Source: Treponemataceae bacterium
GTDB lineage: Bacteria; Spirochaetota; Spirochaetia; Treponematales; Rectinemataceae
Assembly: GCA_963678065.2 (NCBI GenBank)
Contig: CAXXVZ010000003.1
Coordinates: 1,312,001 to 1,376,000, forward strand
Direction of reading: 5' to 3'
DNA: 64,000 nucleotides
Below the pieces are notes generated by a model that made no database searches, was not told the DNA's origin, and saw only the letters and a program-made list of their open reading frames with translations. The first letter of the stretch is position 1. Each line of letters opens with the position of its first letter. Positions 1 to 8,929 of this stretch are shown here, piece by piece. The translations under genes were made by a program, and so were the position numbers.

Positions 1-1151
1 AGCTTCCTTGCAGAGCTTATACACCATAGCCAGTGTTGCTTTTCTCGTTCCGTTTCCCTTGGTTTTTCGATGACGCAGCCGAACCGTGGCACATGTCGAC
101 TCAATAGGATTCGTCGTCCGAATATGTACCCAATGGGCAGCAGGAAAATCGTAGAAGGCGAACAGGTCGTCCTTGTCCTTTGTCAAGCATTCCACCGCTT
201 TCGGATATTTGGCTCCGAATGTTTCAATGAACAGGCTGAAAGCCTTGAGCGCGTCCTCTTTCGTCGGCGCGAGATACTGGTCGTGGAGCATGTCCTTGGC
301 CTTTGCCTGGATAGAACTGGGCAGCGTATCCACGACATTGCCGGACTTATGGAACCAGCAGCGTTGGATTCTTGTTTCCGGCCATACTTCCGCAGCCGCC
401 GCCTGGAATCCCATGGCACCGTCACAGACAGCCAGGGAAGGTACGTGGGCAAGTCCCCTAGAACGAAGGCCGAGAAGAAGCTCTCTCCAGGACTGCGCGC
501 TTTCCCTGAAACCGTCGGAAACAGCAAGCAATTCCTTTTTACCGAATGAATCAGCGCCCATGATAACCAGAAAGCAGGATCGTTCATCTTCGAGCCGTGC
601 AGAGCAGTACACCCCATCGGCCCAGATGGACACATATCGCTTCCCGCTCACATCCCGCTTATTCCATTCTTCGTATTCATCGGTCCACACTTCTTTCAGC
701 CGTACTACCGTGGTTGCTGAAAGCCCCTTTGCCTGGGACCCAGGATTGCCTCCAAAGCTGTCGGAAAATCATCGGTGGAAATCCCTTTCAGGTACAGCGC
801 AGGTACGAGGGAATCGATGCTCGCCGCTCGTCTCATGAACTTCGGCAATATCGTACTCGTGAAACGCTCGTCGCCTGTTTTTGCCAATATCCTGCCGTCT
901 ACCCGTGGCCGCTTGACCGGAATGGGTCCTGCTCCCGTGAGGACTGTCCGTTCCGGCTGGTATCCGTTTCTCACCACACACTGTCTCTCGTTTGTGTCTT
1001 TCAGATCACGATACCGGGCAAGATGCGCTTCGATTTCATCTTCCAATGCTGCATGGAGCAGTTTTCGGGCTCCCTCTCGTATGAGGGCTTCCAGCACCAG
1101 CATGGTTTCGGGCATTGCATCATTTTGAGGCTTGATTGTAGTCTGTCGCAC
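1..1151 (-). pseudogene. IS256 (Mutator) transposase with a 1-nt frameshift near 735-737
   Basis: ORF 705..1232 gives the N-half (LIREGARKLL...LYLKGISTDDF). Adding one base at GGT-CCC-[C]AG restores GPQAKGLSATTVVRLKEVW, and that frame continues through the D/D/E motifs to position 1. Start is approximate. Confidence 0.85.
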
Positions 1152-1250
1152 GGACGTTCTCTCTTTCGGTGGTTTCGTTTGGCGACAAAACCCTACCGGA
1201 AATAAACGTCCGTTTCCTATTCCCCTGTTCACAACAATTGATCATATCTT
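1..1250 (-). mobile_element. IS256-family insertion sequence, left part; runs off the window start
   Basis: Transposase motifs RNGY, WADGVY, DGAMG, QRCWFHK and TTNPIES. An IS256-like terminal IR (CACAACAATTGATCATATCT on +) lies at ~1230-1249. Confidence 0.85.
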
Positions 1251-1479
1251 TGCTTCCCTCGCCCTGAACCATCTCGCTGCTGCAATAATCGCCTTCCGCA
1301 AAGTACCACTGACGGTAAACATTATTTACGGATAAGTACTAAATTCGTTGCTGGTATCTCCACGTTCGTTATACAAGAAGGTTTGAACGCAGACACTCGT
1401 CGACCCCCGTGCACGCCGACATGCTCATCGCTGCGACAGGGCGAACCACATTGTCGGAGCGCGGATACTCTACACGTGT

Positions 1480-4400
1480 TTAGAAGTAGCCATGATGCGG
1501 AACTCCTGCTCGGCAGAGTTTCTCGATGAGCTTCTGTGTGGCGAATGGGAGATTCAGTCGGACGACTAGTTCATCCTCAAGGTAAACGGTCAGTGATGTC
1601 TCGTATTTCTTGATGCTCTTGAGGGCAGCATCCGTCGGCTCATCAGGAGTCAATGGGCCGGACAACCCGATTGCGAACTGAGTTCCCCGAGAGTTGGTCG
1701 CGAGTATAGGCACGACAACATCGCCGAGACCAGCGATTGTGATCTTCTTGTCGCGCTCAAGAGAGAGTCCCTCGATACCCTGGCGATCGAGGTCTTCATA
1801 CAGGAGGTCCGTCGAGCGGCTGACACGATCCGAGCCCAGCTTCGGTGGGTCGTTGTAGAGCACGAAGCGGAGCAGGCTCGCACCGAGGTGGCGGTCGAGT
1901 AGGTCGTGCTCAAACTTATTCTTGTAGCTACGGAGGCAGCGGTAGCAGGAACGGTCACAGTTGTCCGGGCACTCCTCAAGTAGCCTGAGCGCATCTTCCA
2001 ATACCGGGAGCCCTATTTCGCCAACGCGCTTCGCGAAACCAGCGCCGCCAGGAAGCGTATCGTAGATATAGATCTCAGCCTCGCGTCCAACAGGTCCTAG
2101 GGGGGTAAGCGCCGGTCGATATTCGGCCTGGAGTTCGTTCGCCTCCAACTCAAGTCGTGTACACGCGGCCTTCGTTAAGGCCTCGCAGATAGTGCGCAGC
2201 GCGACGTCAGTCGCCAGCACGCCAGGGACCAGTATGAGCGGCGCGTCTATACGAATTCTGATCAAGAGGATATCAGTGATAAAGTCTGTTCCCAATACCA
2301 ACCCTGTCGTCGTACCTCCGCCCGGGCACTCCGGTTCCTTTAGGTCGGGATACGGCTTTTTGTGCGTCGAGCCAACTACTCCTTTCGGACTAGCTGTTGG
2401 CTCGATGAGCCCGCACTTCGTGCAATACGTATAGCCCTTATTATTAGGGCCACGGTTGGTGACGAGGAGGTGCTCACGAGTATGATATACGTTGATTCGC
2501 TCATTCAGTTTCATCCACTGCGCCGCCTGTAATGAAGCCGTGAGTTTCGCGCGTGTGGCGTAGCTCTTTGCTGGTGCATCATCCGGAGATGTGACCTCTT
2601 CCTTGCTCACAGGGTGCGCAAATCCAGGTGGACGAAGCCAGAGCGTTGCCGGCCCGAAGGTGCCCTTGCCACCGCAGGCTTCGCAGTCTTTAGTCTCCCC
2701 GCGGGCGCCATCCTCAATCGTTGTGGTCAGTGCATAATGGCAGACACTGCACTCGTAATAGAGGCGTCTACCTTGCCACGAGCGGTAGAGATCAGCACGC
2801 ACTGGCGAGTAGATCGCCCCTGAGGTCCAGAGCTTGTTGTTGATCCATACCTCCTTACCAGGAGCGTATTGTGAAAGCGCGATAGGGAGTCCTTGTGACG
2901 GTGAGAACCTAAAGACAGGCTGGTACTTCGTCGAGTTGACAGGATCGAACACGTGAAATGTGGCGACATCGGTCGGGAACGCATAGCGAGGGAGGACGCC
3001 TTTATAGAGAAGCCGGTCGAGGAGGTTATCAGAGGCAGAGTTGCGTTTTGGTTTCTCCTCGTCCCCTTCATCCGGCGCTTCGAGCGCAGTATCCACGCTC
3101 TCTTCGCTTTTAGGAGCTGTGGGGGATGCTGCTGGCGTAGGTACTACGCTAGTAGGAACTTCAAAATCGATTGCCGCGTCAATCGGATTCAGTGTCTGCA
3201 GGACGAGTTCGTCGAGGAGGCGCCTTCGTTCAACTGAAGCAAGTTGTTGAGGAAGCCAAGCATCGACTTCTGCTCGAAGTGTCACCCCATTCGTACGGAG
3301 CCAGTGTTCGAAATCAATTCTGTTAAGTATCTTTGTCGGCCCTTTGAAGTCGTCCACAGTCCCGAGGACTGCGAAGAGCTGCGGCTGATCTTCGGGCTTA
3401 ATCATAGGTAGTCGGTCTTGATGATAGCGCTGCAGCAGATAGGCAGTGACGTGTCGCCGGATGATCTCGCTATTGTCGAGGGTCAGCCGTGGATCGATGA
3501 TATCACCGCGGATCATCTCATTCGGGTTTGAGAAGTAGTGTTCGTCATGGCTATCCGCGCTACCGAAGGCCGTAACTGTCGCGACTGCGTTCCCGCGACG
3601 CCCCGCCCGCCCCGAGCGCTGCTGATAGTTTGCGCGCGCAGGCGGCATGTTTCGTAGCGATACACCCGAGAGGGATCCAATATCGATGCCAACCTCCATT
3701 GTCGTCGTGCAGGATAGCACGTCGATCGCGGGTCGGTCGTGGCTCGTGCCATCGTCGCCAAGGTCCACGTCCTGGAAGAGCAACTCATGCTCCTCTGCCT
3801 TCGAGAAGACCTCGTCGGTCTGGGCTGTGTTGAGCTGCGCGGTGTGTTCTGCAGCGATGAGTACCATAGGCGGCGTCGGCGGCGACTTCAGCGCGTCGAC
3901 TGTGCTCGCACGATAGTAGCCCTTACGAGCGACGAAGACCTTGTCTGTGTCTGGATCGATCAGTGCCGCGGTAGGCTGACCGCAGTTAACGCAGGTAGTG
4001 CGGCCGGGGAACGGACGCTGTACCGTCTTGCAGGACCGGCAGTACGCCCACGTGCCGCCAATAAGGAGCGATAACTCGCTACCCTTCAGGTAGAACTTGT
4101 TTTGATCAACCTTTTCGCAGAAGCGCTGGAGCAGTTTTGGTAACCATTTATTAATGAAAAAAGTCCATGCGGACTTTTCTGCAATGAGACGCTCCATCTC
4201 GTCGAACTTACCCGAACGGGCCTGGAATTGACGCTCCGAATTGCGCCAAGCTGGAGGCATTTGGCCCAGCCATAGTCCTGCGCGTCCCCAGCAGCTAATC
4301 CAGGCGCGCACGGTCGCCAGCTTCTGCTCCGGCGTGGTCGCGAAATTCGGGATGTCTGGGAGCGCTTCGATCCAGGCGGATTGATCCGCGCGTTCGCTAA

Positions 4401-7041
4401 GCGACGCCAACGCGAGCGCCTCAAGACCATAGTATCGGTCTCCAAGTGACTTCACGATAGCACGCAGTAACGACTCTGGCGGCCTCGACGTGCGGGGCAT
4501 CCGTACGGCAGGGTTTGTAAGCGCTCCGGCCTCGATCGCAGCGTCCACATCGAGTTCGTCCTGGAAGCTCTCCCCCGCCTTGAGCTCGGGGCGGAGTCTG
4601 ACCCCCAGCTCTTTCGCTGCGATGAGCACGCCGAGATACAGGTCATCGAGAGACAGCGGCTGAGCGACCGAAGCAACGGCGGACAGTCGTTTATAGCCGG
4701 CGACGATGAGCGGTCGGATGGCGTCTTGAGTTGAGTATGCCTGGAGGTTTGGCGCGAGGCGCGCCGCCGTCTGACGCGAGTCCGAGAAGATGAGGACCTT
4801 ACGCCCGCGCAGCGGCGCGAGCCTGGTCGCGGGCGAGGGGCTCGGCGGCTGTACTTGTATCTGTTTCGCGATCAGAGCCTGGAACGGCTGGTCGCCCTTC
4901 GTCTGGTGATCCTGGACCGACGTGCGCCCGAATGCTGCGCGCTCTCCGCATACGGCACAGGGACAGAATTCTCCCGGGTTCGCACCCAGCGGTGCATCAT
5001 CGGTGATAGGCTTTGACCGTTCCGCCCGGATGTAGACTTTTCGGGTGTGCACCCCAAGCTTTTGAGGGTTCAAGCGGCCGGTGATCAGATCATACTCAGC
5101 GGGTTCGGTGTATTCCTTGAAGATGGGTTCTTCGAGGAGGAGGTCGAGCGGTGAGAACTCATCAATGAAACTGGCACGTGTACGAAATGAGCTGCCGGGC
5201 TCCGCCCAGAGGAAGTCCGGTTCTTCGATGTTGTCCGTATACGCACGAGCGTAAGCTGTACCACAGCTTCGACACGTGAACAGCTCCAGCACGCGCGCAC
5301 CGCACTCACACCTGTCACGCGGCTGGCTATAGAGCTTGCCTGCGGGGCCCCCGCGTAGGGAGGCAGGAAGTCTCGTACAGTTGGGGTCCATGCAAACCCA
5401 TAGGCCTGGGAGGCCTCGGTAAAATGAGTGGACCCGGCACGGTAGCAATCCTGGCTCCGTTGGTTCCCTACGCGCCACGCTGCCGAGCGCGACGAGATTC
5501 GTGACGGCTCGCGCGGCAATGTCGGGCGCGACGCTCGTGTCGAATAATTTAGTGCTCAATTCCTCAACAGGTTGCGCCTCCTGCATCGTCGAGTTGACGA
5601 GGATCGACATCGGGCCGAATGACTCGAGCGCTCTGTGGAGCGAGGGCTGTAGAGCTAATGGCTCCACGACCTTTCGGTATTTGAGGAAGCTCTCGACGAC
5701 CTTGAGGCGTTCTTCATCTGTGGCCGCATCGTAGAAGTTAGTAAGATCAAACGTATCGAGCGCAGCGGCGTCAGCGGCAGTACCTTGTACGGCACCTGGG
5801 CGCTTCAGTAACTCGCCTTGAACCTTCTGAAAGTCGGCCAGCTCCTTGCCCGTGAGCTGCGCACCGAACTCTATGGCATAGTCCGGATCTTGGAAGCTGG
5901 CGCTTGTGCAGATGACCTGCAGACGCTCGGGGAGGATACCGAGCCGCATTCGTAAACGCCGGATGAGCAAGGCTACCTCTGCCCCCTGTGCACCGCGATA
6001 GAGATGCGCTTCATCGATAACAAGGAGGAAGCGTTCGTCCTGATTCTTCGCCAACCACTCGCGAGTGCGATCAAAGATGGGCCGCTCGAGTGGACGCATC
6101 AGCATATATTCGAGCATCGAGTAGTTCGTGACGAGCACATCGGGCGGCGCTGCCTGGACTTCGTGCCGGGTAAGAAGCTCTGGATCTCCTGGGAGTGTAA
6201 TGCAACGTTTGAAGTTGCCATCTCTGTCAGTCCATTGCTCTCGCGCTCTGCCATACCAAGCCGCGAGGTCAGGTTTTGCCGGCCATTTTCCTCTCTGTTT
6301 CAACTCCTTTACAAGATGTGAGGCTGCTTCTTGCTCGGGCGATGGTTCCCCTGAGGCGGCCTCGAGGTTTTTGACATAGAACTTCCCGATCGGCTTCAAG
6401 CGGTTTTGATCCTTGTCCTTATCCCGTACGCCCGGATACAGTGTTCGGCTAGTGTAGCGTGCAAAGCGCGGGGGGCGCCCCGACCAATCGATGAAGCGCT
6501 GGACGATGCGTGGATCACCAAAGAGTAGGCGAAGGCGACCAAGCTGATCATTAACGAGCGCATTCATCGGATAGAGAACCAGAGCTCGGACGGCGCTCGT
6601 CTCACCGAAGTCTCTGCCCTTCGCCTTGGCTTCTGTGGCGAGTTTTCCGAGGATAGGGAGAAGAAAACACTCGGTTTTCCCCGAGCCGGTGCCCGTCATG
6701 ACAACGAGGCTGCGCCCCTCGACAAGCGAGAGTCGAATCGAGAGCGCTTGATGCTGATACGGCGGATCGTGGATCAGGAGTCCGAGGTCTCCCTTCGGCG
6801 CGGAGACCTCCGTAAAGACCTCGAGTACAGCAGGGTCGAGGCCGAGGTCGGCAAACTTCTCCCCGGTCTGGTAGCGCGGCGTACTTTCGAGGTAGGGGCG
6901 CTGATGAATGACGCCCACTTGATCGAGGAGTGCTCGACGCTGGTCGACGAGCGTCGGATGGCTCACATGGTAGGCGGCTTCGATGTAGTCGCGCAAAGCG
7001 CGATGGAGCTGCTGAGTCGTCTCGCCAATGGTCAGCGTCAT
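1480..7041 (-). CDS. druE: Giant SF2 DEAH helicase with C-terminal DUF1998 (Druantia DruE-like, YprA/Hrq1 clade), 1853 aa
   Basis: Q-motif PPYQHQ, Walker A TGTGSGKT, YPMNALVNDQ, IDEAH, TSAS, TTTMEVGIDIG, QRSGRAGRR, DUF1998 YDTLPGGAG...CPDNCDRSCYRCL and many CxxC pairs. ATG 7041 has a GGAGG SD. Symbol is assigned from architecture and size. Confidence 0.85.
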   Translation of the reverse strand: MTLTIGETTQQLHRALRDYIEAAYHVSHPTLVDQRRALLDQVGVIHQRPYLESTPRYQTGEKFADLGLDPAVLEVFTEVSAPKGDLGLLIHDPPYQHQALSIRLSLVEGRSLVVMTGTGSGKTECFLLPILGKLATEAKAKGRDFGETSAVRALVLYPMNALVNDQLGRLRLLFGDPRIVQRFIDWSGRPPRFARYTSRTLYPGVRDKDKDQNRLKPIGKFYVKNLEAASGEPSPEQEAASHLVKELKQRGKWPAKPDLAAWYGRAREQWTDRDGNFKRCITLPGDPELLTRHEVQAAPPDVLVTNYSMLEYMLMRPLERPIFDRTREWLAKNQDERFLLVIDEAHLYRGAQGAEVALLIRRLRMRLGILPERLQVICTSASFQDPDYAIEFGAQLTGKELADFQKVQGELLKRPGAVQGTAADAAALDTFDLTNFYDAATDEERLKVVESFLKYRKVVEPLALQPSLHRALESFGPMSILVNSTMQEAQPVEELSTKLFDTSVAPDIAARAVTNLVALGSVARREPTEPGLLPCRVHSFYRGLPGLWVCMDPNCTRLPASLRGGPAGKLYSQPRDRCECGARVLELFTCRSCGTAYARAYTDNIEEPDFLWAEPGSSFRTRASFIDEFSPLDLLLEEPIFKEYTEPAEYDLITGRLNPQKLGVHTRKVYIRAERSKPITDDAPLGANPGEFCPCAVCGERAAFGRTSVQDHQTKGDQPFQALIAKQIQVQPPSPSPATRLAPLRGRKVLIFSDSRQTAARLAPNLQAYSTQDAIRPLIVAGYKRLSAVASVAQPLSLDDLYLGVLIAAKELGVRLRPELKAGESFQDELDVDAAIEAGALTNPAVRMPRTSRPPESLLRAIVKSLGDRYYGLEALALASLSERADQSAWIEALPDIPNFATTPEQKLATVRAWISCWGRAGLWLGQMPPAWRNSERQFQARSGKFDEMERLIAEKSAWTFFINKWLPKLLQRFCEKVDQNKFYLKGSELSLLIGGTWAYCRSCKTVQRPFPGRTTCVNCGQPTAALIDPDTDKVFVARKGYYRASTVDALKSPPTPPMVLIAAEHTAQLNTAQTDEVFSKAEEHELLFQDVDLGDDGTSHDRPAIDVLSCTTTMEVGIDIGSLSGVSLRNMPPARANYQQRSGRAGRRGNAVATVTAFGSADSHDEHYFSNPNEMIRGDIIDPRLTLDNSEIIRRHVTAYLLQRYHQDRLPMIKPEDQPQLFAVLGTVDDFKGPTKILNRIDFEHWLRTNGVTLRAEVDAWLPQQLASVERRRLLDELVLQTLNPIDAAIDFEVPTSVVPTPAASPTAPKSEESVDTALEAPDEGDEEKPKRNSASDNLLDRLLYKGVLPRYAFPTDVATFHVFDPVNSTKYQPVFRFSPSQGLPIALSQYAPGKEVWINNKLWTSGAIYSPVRADLYRSWQGRRLYYECSVCHYALTTTIEDGARGETKDCEACGGKGTFGPATLWLRPPGFAHPVSKEEVTSPDDAPAKSYATRAKLTASLQAAQWMKLNERINVYHTREHLLVTNRGPNNKGYTYCTKCGLIEPTASPKGVVGSTHKKPYPDLKEPECPGGGTTTGLVLGTDFITDILLIRIRIDAPLILVPGVLATDVALRTICEALTKAACTRLELEANELQAEYRPALTPLGPVGREAEIYIYDTLPGGAGFAKRVGEIGLPVLEDALRLLEECPDNCDRSCYRCLRSYKNKFEHDLLDRHLGASLLRFVLYNDPPKLGSDRVSRSTDLLYEDLDRQGIEGLSLERDKKITIAGLGDVVVPILATNSRGTQFAIGLSGPLTPDEPTDAALKSIKKYETSLTVYLEDELVVRLNLPFATQKLIEKLCRAGVPHHGYF

Positions 7042-7085
7042 ATACTTCCTCCGGAGCAATATTCACGTAGTCGGCAAGTTCATTA

Positions 7086-7832
7086 TCATCGCCGTGCATC
7101 ACTGCGCCGCATGAACTCGTCGTTCAGTGCCTGCCAGTACGGTTCGTACAATTTGAGTAGCTCGGTCGGGCGCATAACTGCCAACCCCAAGGCATCGAGT
7201 TCTACACGGTACTTCCAAAATGTCGCACGGTCTGTCGTCAACACGACCGGGACGTTAGCTATCAAGGCCTCAGTGGCGACCATCCTGTCGCCCTCATCTG
7301 GAAGGAATGACAACGGGCCTTTTGTTGCATGGATCTCATCCACAGAAGTCACGCCCAACCCACGGAGCAAAGCCGGCGATACGCGAATGCGTCGATAGTC
7401 AAACAATAGTCCCTTCGCGATACCGGGATAGGCTTCGCCGGACCAGTCATCCTGGTGACCACGGAAGAAGTCGAGCACCGATAAAAGCCTCACGCCTTTG
7501 ACCCCATCGGCTAGACTCGCTTCCCTTTGAGCAGCCCGGGAAACAAGCCACGGGTAGCCAGAGCGGTTCTCGAATTCTTTGTATAGAATGCCGAGGTCTA
7601 TGAGGTCATTAGCCAATTCAGCGCCGTACCTCTCCGTGAGGTTGGCGATTGCTGCGTCATCCCACGAAATGGAACCATATGACTCAATTTGGCGGTCGAC
7701 CCAGTCGATATTTTGGAGAACGCATGTGTCAAGCAATTGAGGCTCAGGCGGGCAGAGTTCCAACTCGATGATATCGATACGGCGCGCGGCATCGCCCTCT
7801 TGGGCCAACCACGCTTTGGGTAGTCTCGTCAT
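7086..7832 (-). CDS. PIN-like domain protein (putative ribonuclease), 248 aa
   Basis: N-terminal LLDTCVL and C-terminal DEGDRMVATEA...VVLTTD match the PIN acidic pattern. Start overlaps the upstream stop (ATGA 7829-7832). Confidence 0.6.
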   Translation of the reverse strand: MTRLPKAWLAQEGDAARRIDIIELELCPPEPQLLDTCVLQNIDWVDRQIESYGSISWDDAAIANLTERYGAELANDLIDLGILYKEFENRSGYPWLVSRAAQREASLADGVKGVRLLSVLDFFRGHQDDWSGEAYPGIAKGLLFDYRRIRVSPALLRGLGVTSVDEIHATKGPLSFLPDEGDRMVATEALIANVPVVLTTDRATFWKYRVELDALGLAVMRPTELLKLYEPYWQALNDEFMRRSDARR

Positions 7833-8929
7833 CTATCAGCACCTCGCCGCCCTAACTCTGTCGTCATCTCTTCAAGCCAGAGCACTTCACGCATGAACTG
7901 GCGTTCTTCATCGATTTCGGTCTTGGGGATGCGGTATGCGAAAAGGCAGCCTGTTCGCGGAACTGGCTCGCCGATCGCGTCCCAGCGTCGCCGTGCCCAG
8001 GCGGGCACAGGCGAGAAAAGCTCGAGGAGCACAGCATCACCGACACTGGGGCTGACACGGAAGCGCTGGGGTGAACTTCGCTGGGCGTCTATCGCCATTT
8101 GAAGGTACCAGGCCTCGTCGCAGCCGCGCCACAGGCTCCCCCGCTGCGGTAGGTCGATCATCCGTTCTGACTGACCATTGGCCACTTGGACGTAACACCA
8201 GAGGTCGGCGCCGTATACTTGTTGGCGTCGTGCGACAAAGCGACCCGTCTGAGACATCGGTTCAGCCCAGCGCCCTCGGTAGTAGCGGACCGGCTTCGTT
8301 GGATCAAGGAGCAACAACCCAGGGATATCCCTCGACGGCACAACACGATCAAGAATGCGATCACTCGCCGCGACTAACTGCGCTGCGCTACCGGGCTTTG
8401 GACTTTTGAGCCACGCCTCGTGCGTGAGTTCAAACAAGCCGAGTTGTTGCAGCTCGCTGCGTAAGTCTTCTCCTGTCAAAGGGATTATCCTACGGACGTG
8501 CCCGAGGTACTGGATACGCTGCTCCAACTCCGATGGCAGCGGAGAGAGTTGATCCGCCGTAACCCCAAGGAGGACCACGATCCCGCTCTGCCGTACCAAA
8601 AAGCTCACTGGGGCGGCGTAGAGCAGCACACGCGCAGACTGAACGTCTCCCTGTATCTCTGGCTGCTCGAGCACGTCGCCGTGTGCGATCATCGCCTCCA
8701 GCGTATCCTCGACCAGCTCCTTCGTCTTGTCGAGGTCGGGCACCAGTCCTCGAAGTGGCCGCACAACGGCCCGAACAAGTGTCGCCGCCGAACACGGGCA
8801 CAGGTAGCTAGCGGCTCGCCGCAGTGCCCCTGCGAGCCCCTCCGGCGTCTCTAGGTCGAGCGCAGTCGGGTCTAGTCCCAACTCGCGAATTTTCTGCTCG
8901 TGGACCTCATTGGCGGTCAGGCGCTTCAT
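7829..8929 (-). CDS. Hypothetical protein, 366 aa; positional equivalent of Druantia DruG/DruD
   Basis: Start MKRLTANEV at 8929 with GGAG SD and ATGA overlap with the 978-aa gene. Trp/Arg-rich with no recognised motif. Confidence 0.7.
   Translation of the reverse strand: MKRLTANEVHEQKIRELGLDPTALDLETPEGLAGALRRAASYLCPCSAATLVRAVVRPLRGLVPDLDKTKELVEDTLEAMIAHGDVLEQPEIQGDVQSARVLLYAAPVSFLVRQSGIVVLLGVTADQLSPLPSELEQRIQYLGHVRRIIPLTGEDLRSELQQLGLFELTHEAWLKSPKPGSAAQLVAASDRILDRVVPSRDIPGLLLLDPTKPVRYYRGRWAEPMSQTGRFVARRQQVYGADLWCYVQVANGQSERMIDLPQRGSLWRGCDEAWYLQMAIDAQRSSPQRFRVSPSVGDAVLLELFSPVPAWARRRWDAIGEPVPRTGCLFAYRIPKTEIDEERQFMREVLWLEEMTTELGRRGADR

Noticed and set aside
730..742. Programmed frameshift in IS256
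   Set aside because: No slippery heptamer, and IS256 transposases are single-ORF.
1400..1470. Hairpin (CCGACA...TGTCGG) after the helicase as a terminator
   Set aside because: Short imperfect stem with a large loop and no U-tract; insufficient support.
1480..7041. DISARM, BREX or Dpd assignment for the helicase locus
   Set aside because: Helicase and DUF1998 are in one polypeptide, and no drmC/PLD, methylase, pglZ or dpdA gene is visible.
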